NCBI GenBank assembly: GCA_964580285.1
Contig: CAZOKB010000001.1
Span: 9,366 to 73,365 of the forward strand
Reading direction: 5' to 3'
DNA: 64,000 nucleotides
From: an uncultured Bdellovibrionales bacterium
GTDB lineage: Bacteria > Patescibacteriota > Minisyncoccia > Moranbacterales > UBA1568
This document shows positions 47,242 to 56,760 of this stretch, one piece after another. The notes under the pieces were generated by a model, which saw only the letters and a list, made by a program, of their open reading frames with translations, was not told the origin of the DNA and ran no database searches. Position numbers and translations under genes: made by a program. The first letter of the stretch is position 1, and each line of letters starts with the position of its first letter.

Positions 47242-47712
47242 TCAGGTAAGCCGTTGCTTGAGCCAGAATCCGATGGTTCCAAGTATGGTGCTGGTAATGA
47301 GCCAGAACAGTACCGAGAGGGGTGTGTGTGGCTCAAGAGTGGAAGTGGTTCCACGGAGAGTGAGGTCAATACCTTCCTTAGTTATGCGGGCAGTGTAAGC
47401 TTGATGGTGCCAGGTTTCCTTGACCGGCATGAATGAAGGTAGGTCGAGTTGGAGATGACTACGCTGGTTGATGTGGGGTCTGCAGGTAATGACATTTCCC
47501 AACTTACGAATCGCTTCTTCAATACAGTCCCGTGGTATATCCGTTGGCAGCCGACCGGACCAGATACGTTGGTCGCCGTCATAGAAAGTAGTGGTTTCGT
47601 TGTGGGTTTCGAAACGTAGGGCTGGAGTGGCGGCTGTGGCGGAAGAGATGGAGAAGCTGTTGCTAATAATCAAACAACAGCAGACAAGAAGAGTAGATAA
47701 GACGTGCGTCAT
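47242..47712 (-). CDS. Hypothetical secreted protein with a C-terminal TM anchor
   Basis: A signal-like N-terminus from MTHVLSTLLVCC is followed by a C-terminal hydrophobic helix. Confidence 0.35.
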   Translation of the reverse strand: MTHVLSTLLVCCCLIISNSFSISSATAATPALRFETHNETTTFYDGDQRIWSGRLPTDIPRDCIEEAIRKLGNVITCRPHINQRSHLQLDLPSFMPVKETWHHQAYTARITKEGIDLTLRGTTSTLEPHTPLSVLFWLITSTILGTIGFWLKQRLT

Positions 47713-47876
47713 GAGACCTCCTGTGCAGTACGGGATGCGCGATAATGTTTCAAAAGAGCGTATCCGGAATTTCCGGATATTGTTTTTTATCACGAAAGTA
47801 TGAAAAAGTCAATATATACGATAGGTACTTGTTTCGGGTACAATAAAAAAAATGAAGTTGTGTAAGAGAAAATCTT

Positions 47877-48764
47877 ATGTCTGGAGAAAAGCAGTGGAAG
47901 GTGAAGAAAGCTATCATACCGGTAGCGGGGTTCGGGACGCGTTTCCTTCCGGCGACGAAGGCACAACCGAAGGAAATGTTGCCGGTAGTCGATAAACCAG
48001 TAGTGCAGTACCTAGTCGAAGAAGCAGTGACTTCTGGAGTGGAAGAAATCATCTTTGTGACTGGGCGTGGCAAGCGGGCCATTGAGGATCATTTTGATGT
48101 TTCGTATGAATTGGAAGATACGCTGGTGGAAAAGAATAAGCATGATCTCTTGGCGGTAGTGCAGGGTATATCAACCCTGGCTAAATTCTCGTATGTGAGA
48201 CAGCCGGTTCCATTGGGAGATGGGCATGCGATTCAACAGGCAGCACACCTTGTGGATGATGATGAGGCCGTGTTGATCATTTTCGGTGACTGCATTTATG
48301 ATTCGCAGGTGCCAGCAGCGAAGCAGCTGATCGATGCTTATGAACAGTTCCATGCTCCGATCATTGGTCTTTCGGAAGTCGAACGGTCCGAAGTTTCAAA
48401 GTTTGGTGTGATTGACGGAGAAGTTGTGGATCATGGTAATATTCGCGTCAAAGGCATGGTAGAAAAACCAAAGCCAGAGGAGGCACCATCAACTGCTGTG
48501 GCGGTTGGAAAATATATCATTACTCGGGAAGTATTCGATGTCTTGGCTGGTATGGAATCGGGTAAGTCGGGAGAGATCCGTTTGGCAGATGCTTTTGATA
48601 TCATGCTCCAAGAGGGGAGGCCGCTCTATGGTCGCATGCTTGAAGGGGAATGGCTCGATACCGGTGATAAGTTTAACTTTCTCAAGACGACCATTCATTA
48701 TGGGCTCAAGCATCCTGAAGTAGGAGAAAAGCTCCGTAAGTATCTCAAAGAACTATCGATCTAA
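47877..48764 (+). CDS. galU: UTP--glucose-1-phosphate uridylyltransferase
   Basis: The motif KAIIPVAGFGTRFLPATKAQPKEMLPVVDKP and the VEKP motif are present. Confidence 0.85.
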   Translation: MSGEKQWKVKKAIIPVAGFGTRFLPATKAQPKEMLPVVDKPVVQYLVEEAVTSGVEEIIFVTGRGKRAIEDHFDVSYELEDTLVEKNKHDLLAVVQGISTLAKFSYVRQPVPLGDGHAIQQAAHLVDDDEAVLIIFGDCIYDSQVPAAKQLIDAYEQFHAPIIGLSEVERSEVSKFGVIDGEVVDHGNIRVKGMVEKPKPEEAPSTAVAVGKYIITREVFDVLAGMESGKSGEIRLADAFDIMLQEGRPLYGRMLEGEWLDTGDKFNFLKTTIHYGLKHPEVGEKLRKYLKELSI

Positions 48765-48870
48765 ATGATCAGGATACAACAAAAATAAATAGCAAAAGGG
48801 AGGGATGCAGATCAGTCCTTCCTTTTGTTAAAAGAGAGTTTATCGGACTATTCGTGTTGATGCTGCTGCT

Positions 48871-49563
48871 ATGTACTGGATCTACCTCACTTTCTTTATC
48901 CTGGCCGTTCTAACACCGCTCTTGGTAACGCATGGATATTTTGTTCTTCCGGAGGAGGAAACGGAAGGATTCGTGATCATGTTGCTTGGTATGATTACGT
49001 TTTTTATTTATCTAGCTAAAGAAAGAGCGCTTTTCCGTCTGGTACGTGAGCGGTTGTCATTGCAAAAGACGACCAATATTATTAGGAGAGATCTCTCTGA
49101 TTCTTATACCTATATCGGTTCAATGAACCGCAAGCAGGAAATTGTGAAAGAGCTTTTGTTCGAACTGGCGGAGGCCACAGCACATCACAGTGATCATTGT
49201 GATCTGTGGTATCGGAAGATTCTTCAGACCGCTACAGTGCTCTCGAAGTCAGAGGATGTTTCTCTGCGTTTCATCGACACCAGCAAGAGGGTGCTTCTTG
49301 ACCACTATGAAGACGGCCCTCAGGGGAACAGGCTGTTCATTAGCTTTGTGCCTTCAGTGCTGATTGATGAGGAGAAAATATTTTTCGAGTATCAAGGATG
49401 CTACATTGTGCGCTCTCCGAAGGTATCGGATGGCGTAGCAGCTTTTCTTATCGTGACCAAGCAAGTAAATCATTTTGAAGATGAAGAGATCTTCAAAATG
49501 TTGGCCTCAGAAGCACTGCTCCTGTATGTGCTTTCCCGGCAAGATTTTCTCTCTCCTTCATGA
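48871..49563 (+). CDS. Hypothetical membrane protein
   Basis: Two N-terminal TM helices are followed by a soluble domain. Confidence 0.4.
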   Translation: MYWIYLTFFILAVLTPLLVTHGYFVLPEEETEGFVIMLLGMITFFIYLAKERALFRLVRERLSLQKTTNIIRRDLSDSYTYIGSMNRKQEIVKELLFELAEATAHHSDHCDLWYRKILQTATVLSKSEDVSLRFIDTSKRVLLDHYEDGPQGNRLFISFVPSVLIDEEKIFFEYQGCYIVRSPKVSDGVAAFLIVTKQVNHFEDEEIFKMLASEALLLYVLSRQDFLSPS

Positions 49564-50717
49564 GTATGCGCATCGGCATTGACGCTCGTTTTTACGGATC
49601 GCTTGGCAAAGGGCTCGGGCGCTATACCGAAAAACTCATCGAATCACTTGAAGAAGTCGATACGACGAATGAGTATGTGATTTTTTTGCGTCGAGAAAAT
49701 TTTGATGAGTATGTACCGCGGTCACCTCAGTTCCACAAAGTACTGGCGGATTATCATTGGTACGGTTTGGCGGAACAAATACTTTTCCCATGGCTGCTTC
49801 TGCGACAGCATCTCGATCTGGTTCATTTCCCGCACTTCAATGTCCCGGTGCTTTACCCGAAGCGTTTTGTGGTGACCATTCATGATCTTATCCTGCTGCG
49901 CTATCCGACGTTGCGGAATACGACTCGGTTGGCCATGTGGTATTGGGTGAAATTTGCCTTCTATCGATTGGTGATCTGGACAGCCTGTTTTCGTGCGCGT
50001 ACCGTGATCACGGTGTCGCGCTTCACGGAATCTGATTTGCTCCAAGAATTCCCTTTCTTACTTGGGAAGACCTGGGTAACTCTCGAGGGGGCGGATCGAA
50101 ACTGTGCGGTGGCCCTGCCTCAAGAACAAGGAGAAGTGCTGAAAAAATGCGGACTCTCTCTTTTGGAAACGAACGGGTCTTCTCTGCATCAACGTGATAT
50201 ACTACAACCGTATTTTTTGTACGTTGGCAATGCGTATCCGCACAAAAATTTAGAGATGATCGGTGCTATAGCGGCTCGTTTTCCCGAATACCGATTCGTC
50301 TTGGTGGGGCGTTCGGATTATTTTTATCAGCAGCTGAAGAGGACCTTTACCTCCCCGAATCTTTGTTTTGCAGGTTTTCTTTCGGACACAGAGCTCTCAG
50401 TGCTCTACCGGCATGCGATAGCCTATGTGTTTCCTTCGTTCTATGAAGGATTTGGATTGCCTCCGCTTGAAGCGATGAATTACGGTTTACCAGTGATTTC
50501 ATCGGAGCGCGGATCGCTTCCAGAGGTACTCGGAAAGGCGGCGCTGTATTTCGATCCAGAACAAGAAGCCTCTTTTGAAAGACAGATTCGGTCTGTCGCT
50601 ACGGATAAAGAACTCTCCCAACGCATGCGGCACAGAGGGTATCGTCATGTGAGGTTGTTTAGTTGGAAACGTATGGCGAAAAGTACGCAGAATGTATATC
50701 GGGAAGCGCTTTCGTGA
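49560..50717 (+). CDS. GT4-family glycosyltransferase
   Basis: The GT-B C-terminal motif is present (FPSFYEGFGLPPLEAMNYGLPVISS). Confidence 0.8.
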   Translation: MSMRIGIDARFYGSLGKGLGRYTEKLIESLEEVDTTNEYVIFLRRENFDEYVPRSPQFHKVLADYHWYGLAEQILFPWLLLRQHLDLVHFPHFNVPVLYPKRFVVTIHDLILLRYPTLRNTTRLAMWYWVKFAFYRLVIWTACFRARTVITVSRFTESDLLQEFPFLLGKTWVTLEGADRNCAVALPQEQGEVLKKCGLSLLETNGSSLHQRDILQPYFLYVGNAYPHKNLEMIGAIAARFPEYRFVLVGRSDYFYQQLKRTFTSPNLCFAGFLSDTELSVLYRHAIAYVFPSFYEGFGLPPLEAMNYGLPVISSERGSLPEVLGKAALYFDPEQEASFERQIRSVATDKELSQRMRHRGYRHVRLFSWKRMAKSTQNVYREALS

Positions 50718-50761
50718 CTCAAGCACAGAGCGAACTCTTGCAAGACACAAAACTTCTTATC

Positions 50762-52900
50762 ATGGACAGCCTTCGAAAACAGACAAAAAAAAATCTTTCT
50801 GCTCTCGCAAATTTTCAATCAGAAAATGAGCCTTTGCGGATAAGCAAAAGCGTATCTTTTGTGCCATCAGCACCAGCTGGCCAGGCCCGTGATTTGAAAC
50901 GCGTGGTTCGCACGGAACGAAACGGATATTCGCAAGAGAGTTTTTTTTGGCGGAAGAGGATAAAGTTAGTTTTTTTTCTGTGCTTGATGATCGGGGCGCC
51001 TCTGTATGGAATGCTCGCCTGGCAGCGGGCTCAGGTATTGATCCGGTCTGGCAATACTGGTTATGCGGAAATTCTCCTTGCTACGGAGGCCTTGAAGGGG
51101 AAGCAGTTCCAGATTGCCAATGGTGATTTTCATCAATCGAGCAATGCATTCAGGGATGCGCATACGGCGCTCAGTTTGTTCCCAGGGTGGCTCGTGGAGA
51201 GCGTGCGTTTTATCCCGGGTCTTTCTCGGGCTGCATCGGGCCGATCTGCTCTTCTGGCAGGGGAGCATATTGCTCGGGCAGGGATCATTATGACGGATGT
51301 GGCGATAGATATGACGGAGGAATCGGTTGCTGGTTCGCCGCCAACCTCACTTCTCGAAAAATTACAAAAAGTGCAGGGTCCGCTCGCCGATGCCGGAAAA
51401 GAACTCGGGGAAGCGCAACGGCTTTTCGAGCGGGTGAATGTGGCGGATATCCCCGAAGAGCGGCGAGCACAATTTGTAGAAGCTAAAACACTGTTGCCAG
51501 TAGCAGTAGGAGCGCTGTCGGCGTTTCAGGATCGAGAAAAGATTCTTGTAGAGCTTTTGGGAGGCAATGGCCCACGAAAATACCTTTTTCTGTTTCAGAA
51601 TAACCATGAATTACGCGCTACAGGCGGATTTATTGGGAGCTATGCGTTGCTCAATCTGCATGACGGAGTGATGGATCAGTTTTTTGTGGATGGTATTTTT
51701 AATCCGGATGGTCAGTTGAAAGAAAATATTGTTCCACCGCAGCCGATCCAAAAGATCAGTGCGGCCTGGAGTCTACATGACAGTAACTGGTATCCGGATT
51801 TCCCTACTTCAGCAGAAAAGGCTATTTCTTTTTATGAGAAAACTGGAGGGCCAACGGTAGATGGCGTGGTAACCGTAACGCCTACCGTTATGGAAAGGTT
51901 GCTTGAGGTACTTGGTCCGATCGATTTGCCGGCGTATGGCGTGACGATCGACGCAGAGAATTTTATCCCGATCGTTCAGGAACAAGTTGAGGAGAAGTAT
52001 GACAAGACTGAAAATAATCCCAAGAAAATACTGTCAGATTTGGCGGTAGCTATGTTGGCTCGCATGAGCGCGCTCGATGATCGGAAAACACTTTTCGGTT
52101 TAGCGGAGGCGTTGGTGCGAGGCTTGAATGAAAAGCATATCTTGCTGTATGCACGACATGCGGAAACAGAGGGGCTCATCGACCAAACCGGATGGTCCGG
52201 AAAACTCTTACCAACAGAAAAAGATTTTCTGTCGGTGGTGCATAGTAATATCAATGGATACAAGACGGATGGAGTGATCGACGAACGCATTGCACATCGT
52301 TCGCTTATTGCGGCGGATGGGTCAGTGATCGATACCGTATCGGTCACACGACAGCACAATGGAGGGAATACCCCGTATGTTTGGTGGAATAAAGTGAATG
52401 CTGATTACCTGCGAGTCTACGTACCCTTAGGTGCAGAACTCCTTTCGGTGAAAGGGACCACCTGGGAATTTCCAAAAGAACCTTTGGATTATACTGCCTT
52501 GGGTTTTCAGCGTGATGCGGGAGTTGAGAATGAGGAATCGAATGCGCGTATTCATGAAGGAAGTGGAACGCGGATCAGTGAAGAGAATGGCAAGACCGTT
52601 TTTGGCGCTTGGGTGTATGTGAGTCCAGGAGAGAGTGTGACGGTGGAATTTTCTTATCGTTTGCCGTTTCATATTGACCCTGATCGGTTGCGATCAGGTC
52701 AAGCGGAGCGGTTCTCGGTCTTGTATCAAAAGCAGTCAGGTTCTTTGGGAAGCAAGCTCCATTCGGAGATTCTCTTTCCGGAACACTGGAAGAGCGTTTG
52801 GCAGACCGGCGGGGATCTGATACCGTATGGACGTCGCTTGGTATTTGATGGAGATTTGGCAATAGATCATTTTATAGGGACGGCGCTCATGCGCGAATAG
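50762..52900 (+). CDS. Large membrane-anchored extracytoplasmic protein (possibly DUF4012-like)
   Basis: An N-terminal TM helix is followed by an ~680-aa domain. Such proteins are commonly found next to glycosyltransferases. The family assignment is unverified. The start is at MDSLRK. Confidence 0.5.
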   Translation: MDSLRKQTKKNLSALANFQSENEPLRISKSVSFVPSAPAGQARDLKRVVRTERNGYSQESFFWRKRIKLVFFLCLMIGAPLYGMLAWQRAQVLIRSGNTGYAEILLATEALKGKQFQIANGDFHQSSNAFRDAHTALSLFPGWLVESVRFIPGLSRAASGRSALLAGEHIARAGIIMTDVAIDMTEESVAGSPPTSLLEKLQKVQGPLADAGKELGEAQRLFERVNVADIPEERRAQFVEAKTLLPVAVGALSAFQDREKILVELLGGNGPRKYLFLFQNNHELRATGGFIGSYALLNLHDGVMDQFFVDGIFNPDGQLKENIVPPQPIQKISAAWSLHDSNWYPDFPTSAEKAISFYEKTGGPTVDGVVTVTPTVMERLLEVLGPIDLPAYGVTIDAENFIPIVQEQVEEKYDKTENNPKKILSDLAVAMLARMSALDDRKTLFGLAEALVRGLNEKHILLYARHAETEGLIDQTGWSGKLLPTEKDFLSVVHSNINGYKTDGVIDERIAHRSLIAADGSVIDTVSVTRQHNGGNTPYVWWNKVNADYLRVYVPLGAELLSVKGTTWEFPKEPLDYTALGFQRDAGVENEESNARIHEGSGTRISEENGKTVFGAWVYVSPGESVTVEFSYRLPFHIDPDRLRSGQAERFSVLYQKQSGSLGSKLHSEILFPEHWKSVWQTGGDLIPYGRRLVFDGDLAIDHFIGTALMRE

Positions 52901-52940
52901 TCTGAGAAAAAAAGAATCAACAGTGTAATCGAATAGAGGT

Positions 52941-54602
52941 ATGGTAGAGCGCATGATAGAGCGTTGGCGGAAACTTGGATTGAAAACGACACATACGGTC
53001 GGTGCGGCTGCATTGATTATTTCGCTCTCTGGTATTGCGAGTCGCTTTCTCGGGTTTCTTCGGGATCGGCTTTTGGCATCGCAGTTTGGCGCGGGGGATA
53101 CGCTGGATGCCTATTATGCAGCTTTCCGTTTGCCGGATCTTTTTTATAGCCTGATTGTCTTGGGGGCTCTTTCGGCAGCTTTCCTACCGGTATTTACAGA
53201 ATTACGAACAAAGGAACAGGAACAGAAGGCGTGGGACTTGGCTTCGGATGTACTAGGTCTTTTAGTGGTAGCCTTGGGAGTATTGGGTATCTGCGGGGCG
53301 GTGTTTGCTGGCGAGGTGGTGACATTGGTGGCCCCTGGATTTTCTGGGGAAAAACGTGATCTTGCTATTGTGCTTACACGGATCATGCTGCTTTCCCCGA
53401 TTTTTCTCTCGGTGAGCGCTGTCCTTTCGGGAGTGCTCATGTCTTTCCGGCGTTTTATCGCCTATTCGCTGGCCCCACTGTTTTATAATGTGGGAATTAT
53501 TTTTGGGATACTTGTTTTGGTACCACTGTGGGGTGTGAGCGGCTTGGGCTGGGGAGTGGTGGTGGGGGCAGGACTGCATATGGCTACGCAGTGGCCAGCA
53601 CTCATAGGTACAGGGATACGTTTCCGTTTCCGACCTCGTACGGCCTTTGCCAATCCGGCTGTGCGCCGGGTAGTGCGCCTCATGATCCCTCGCTCTTTGA
53701 GTATGGGAGTGAATCAGATCGGACTTCTGGTTATGACGATATTTGCTTCTTTACTTGCTTCGGGAAGTCTTGCGGCGTTCACGTTTGCGAACAATATTCA
53801 GAGCGTGGCGCTCGGACTCTTCGGTGTCGCGTTTTCGGTGGCGGCTTTCCCGGCTCTTTCAGCGTATGCAGCTGAGCAAAAAGGAGAAGATTTCTTTTCA
53901 GTGCTCTCTGATGCAACGCGCCGTATTCTTTTTTTTGTACTGCCTCTCTCGGCGCTCATCATCGTGTTTCGGGCACAGTTTGTACGCGTGATTCTTGGGA
54001 GCGGTCATTTTAACTGGGAAGATACTATCGTGACGTTTAATGTCCTGGCTTGGCTTTCGGTGAGTCTGTTTGCGCAAAGCCTTATTCCGTTGTTTGCGCG
54101 GGCTTTCTTTGCGCTTCAGAATACGAAAACACCGCTCTATATTGCTATCGGAGCAGAAGCACTGCACGTAGTGTTATTGTTCGCACTGAAGCAGTCTGCC
54201 TATTTTTCCATAGAGGCTTTAGCGGCAGCTTTTTCGGTCGCGACCATCGTGAATCTTTTATTGTTGTATGTGGCGCTTCGGCGACGAACGTTGTACTGGC
54301 ATGATGCCCGAATACTCGCCCCAGCGACAAAAATCGCATTAGCGGCTATTTTGGCAGGGTTATTTGCTCAGGCATCAAAGTATGTATTCGCATTAACGAC
54401 CAATGAACTCGATACCTTTGTTGAGGTGTTTTTGCAGCTCTTCTTCGGTCTCCTGATAGGCGGATCGGCCTACTTGGTTTTCTGTATCTGGTTGCAGGTA
54501 GAAGAACTTCAAGTCCTCAAGCGTTTTATTTGGTGTCGTATTCTCCGTCAACCAGAAACGCTGGCATCCGTGGAAGATCACCCAGAGAAAGGAGAGTGGT
54601 AA
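52941..54602 (+). CDS. murJ: Lipid II flippase MurJ (MviN)
   Basis: The N-terminal region SRFLGFLRDRLLASQFGAGDTLDAYYAAFRLPDL and 14 TM helices are present. Confidence 0.85.
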   Translation: MVERMIERWRKLGLKTTHTVGAAALIISLSGIASRFLGFLRDRLLASQFGAGDTLDAYYAAFRLPDLFYSLIVLGALSAAFLPVFTELRTKEQEQKAWDLASDVLGLLVVALGVLGICGAVFAGEVVTLVAPGFSGEKRDLAIVLTRIMLLSPIFLSVSAVLSGVLMSFRRFIAYSLAPLFYNVGIIFGILVLVPLWGVSGLGWGVVVGAGLHMATQWPALIGTGIRFRFRPRTAFANPAVRRVVRLMIPRSLSMGVNQIGLLVMTIFASLLASGSLAAFTFANNIQSVALGLFGVAFSVAAFPALSAYAAEQKGEDFFSVLSDATRRILFFVLPLSALIIVFRAQFVRVILGSGHFNWEDTIVTFNVLAWLSVSLFAQSLIPLFARAFFALQNTKTPLYIAIGAEALHVVLLFALKQSAYFSIEALAAAFSVATIVNLLLLYVALRRRTLYWHDARILAPATKIALAAILAGLFAQASKYVFALTTNELDTFVEVFLQLFFGLLIGGSAYLVFCIWLQVEELQVLKRFIWCRILRQPETLASVEDHPEKGEW

Positions 54603-54716
54603 CAAGGGGTTTGAGTTGCCGGGCTTTTTGTTTTGATCCTTTCTGCCTTGCCTCAAAGTGATTTTTCGCGTAGTGTGGAGAAGAAATTTAAGCCGGGAAA
54701 CCGGCTTTTCGTGACT

Positions 54717-56528
54717 ATGCAACAGGAATACATTCGAAATTTTTGTATCATTGCGCATATCGACCATGGGAAAAGCACCCTGGCCGATCGCTTAATCGAG
54801 CTTACGCATACGGTTGAAGACCGGAAAATGAAGGAACAGCTCTTAGATCAAATGGATCTGGAGCGGGAACGGGGGATTACGATCAAGCTCCAGCCGGTGC
54901 AGATGCGGTACCGATATCAAGACACGGATTATGTTTTAAATTTGATCGATACTCCAGGGCACGTGGATTTTCATTACGAAGTGTCTCGATCGCTTGCCGC
55001 GGTAGAGGGTGCTATTTTGTTGGTCGATGCAACGAAGGGAGTACAGGCACAGACGTTGGCTAATCTCTACTTGGCCATTGAGCAAGGACTGGAGATTATT
55101 CCGGTGGTGAATAAGATTGATCTTCCTAATGCTCAAGTAGAGAAAACAAAAAAAGAAATCATGCACGTACTTGGTTGCGTAGAAGAAGATATTCTTGAAG
55201 CTAGCGGGAAAACAGGTATAGGGGTTCAGGCAGTACTGGAGCGGGTCATTGAACGTGTCCCGGCTCCCCGAGGGAACAAAGATGGGCAATTGCGAGCACT
55301 CATTTTTGATTCCGTGTATAACACCTACAAGGGCGTGGTGGCCTATGTGAAAGTGGTGGACGGGAGCGTGCGGCGTGATGATGTGCTGCATATGCTTGGG
55401 ACCAGCAATGAGAGTGTGACGGTTGAAGTTGGTATGTTCAAACCGAATCTGGTGCCTACGGAAGTACTCGAGGCGGGGACTATTGGGTATATTGCCACCG
55501 GACTCAAAGAAGTAGCGCACTGCCGAGTGGGGGACACGATTACGTGGAAACCAAAAGAACGTCAGCCGCTCCAGGTGGATATGCTCCCAGGGTACCGGGA
55601 AATTAGACCAGCGGTGTACGCGAGTCTCTATCCGATTGATGGTGATGAGTATGGGTTGATGCGGGATGCACTCGAGAAATTGAAGCTGAATGACGCAGCT
55701 TTTGTTTTTGAGCCAGAGTCAAATGAAGCGCTGGGTCGAGGGTTCCGCTGTGGATTCCTTGGACTCCTCCATCTGGAGATCATCCAGGAGCGACTGCGGC
55801 GGGAGTTCAATATGGAGCCTACCATCACAACACCGTCAGTCGTCTATGAGATTAAACTCTTTGGTCACGAAGAGCATGTTCCTATGTACTCGCCTGCGAA
55901 CATGCCTGATCCAGCTGGTATAGAAATGATTTATGAACCGTATGTAGCTCTTTCCATTGTGACGCCGAGTGAATTTTTAGGGAATGTGATGAATCTCGCC
56001 CAGAAAATTCGGTCAGTGTATAAAAATACCGAGTATCTGGATGAAGAACGAGTGCTCCTTTCTTTCGAGGCTCCACTCATGGATGTGATTGTAAGTTTTC
56101 ATGACGAACTCAAGAGTGCGACCCAGGGGTATGCTTCCATGAATTATGATCCTATCGGTTCTCGGGAAAGCGATGTAGAACGGTTGGATATCCTGGTGGC
56201 AGGAGACAAGATTGATGCATTTTCTCGTATGGTACCCAAGCGCTCTGCGTATGATGAAGGCAAGCGGGTCGTTGAGAAATTAAAGGAAGTGATTCCGCGG
56301 CAGAACTTCGCGGTCGCTATTCAGGCAGCGATTGGGAGTAAGGTGATTGCTCGTGAAACTATTTCGGCGTACCGCAAGGATGTGACGGGGTATATGTACG
56401 GTGGGGACTTTTCTCGCAAGAAAAAACTCTTAGAGAAACAGAAGCGGGGAAAAAAGAAGGCCAAAGAACTTGGCCAGGGGAAAGTGCCGATCCCAGGGGA
56501 AGCGTTCTTGGCTATATTGAAGAACTAG
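54717..56528 (+). CDS. lepA: Elongation factor 4
   Basis: The G-domain motifs AHIDHGKST, DTPGH and NKID are present. The LepA C-terminal domain is present. The start is at MQQEYIRNF. Confidence 0.95.
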   Translation: MQQEYIRNFCIIAHIDHGKSTLADRLIELTHTVEDRKMKEQLLDQMDLERERGITIKLQPVQMRYRYQDTDYVLNLIDTPGHVDFHYEVSRSLAAVEGAILLVDATKGVQAQTLANLYLAIEQGLEIIPVVNKIDLPNAQVEKTKKEIMHVLGCVEEDILEASGKTGIGVQAVLERVIERVPAPRGNKDGQLRALIFDSVYNTYKGVVAYVKVVDGSVRRDDVLHMLGTSNESVTVEVGMFKPNLVPTEVLEAGTIGYIATGLKEVAHCRVGDTITWKPKERQPLQVDMLPGYREIRPAVYASLYPIDGDEYGLMRDALEKLKLNDAAFVFEPESNEALGRGFRCGFLGLLHLEIIQERLRREFNMEPTITTPSVVYEIKLFGHEEHVPMYSPANMPDPAGIEMIYEPYVALSIVTPSEFLGNVMNLAQKIRSVYKNTEYLDEERVLLSFEAPLMDVIVSFHDELKSATQGYASMNYDPIGSRESDVERLDILVAGDKIDAFSRMVPKRSAYDEGKRVVEKLKEVIPRQNFAVAIQAAIGSKVIARETISAYRKDVTGYMYGGDFSRKKKLLEKQKRGKKKAKELGQGKVPIPGEAFLAILKN

Positions 56529-56651
56529 GAGAGTGAGAGCTATGGTGTTTCTCGGGGCGGAATGTGTGTTATGCCGGAGAAGTAGAGTCCTCCCTACTAT
56601 GTTAGGTGTACGCGTTTGAAGTATATCTGTGTAGACCACCTAATAGTTTTC

Positions 56652-56734
56652 GTCATTGCGATGGAGTCTGCAACCACAGCAATCTAGAAGGATAGTTTAT
56701 ACATATCGGATTGCCGCGCTTCGCTCGCAATGAC
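56652..56734. repeat. 10-bp perfect inverted repeat pair GTCATTGCGA...TCGCAATGAC separated by 63 nt, upstream of an ABC exporter
   Basis: The arms lie at 56652-56661 and 56725-56734. Inner GATTGC/GCAATC palindromes are also present. Confidence 0.5.
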
Positions 56735-56760
56735 AGAACTTCTCAACATTTGAGTCTTAT

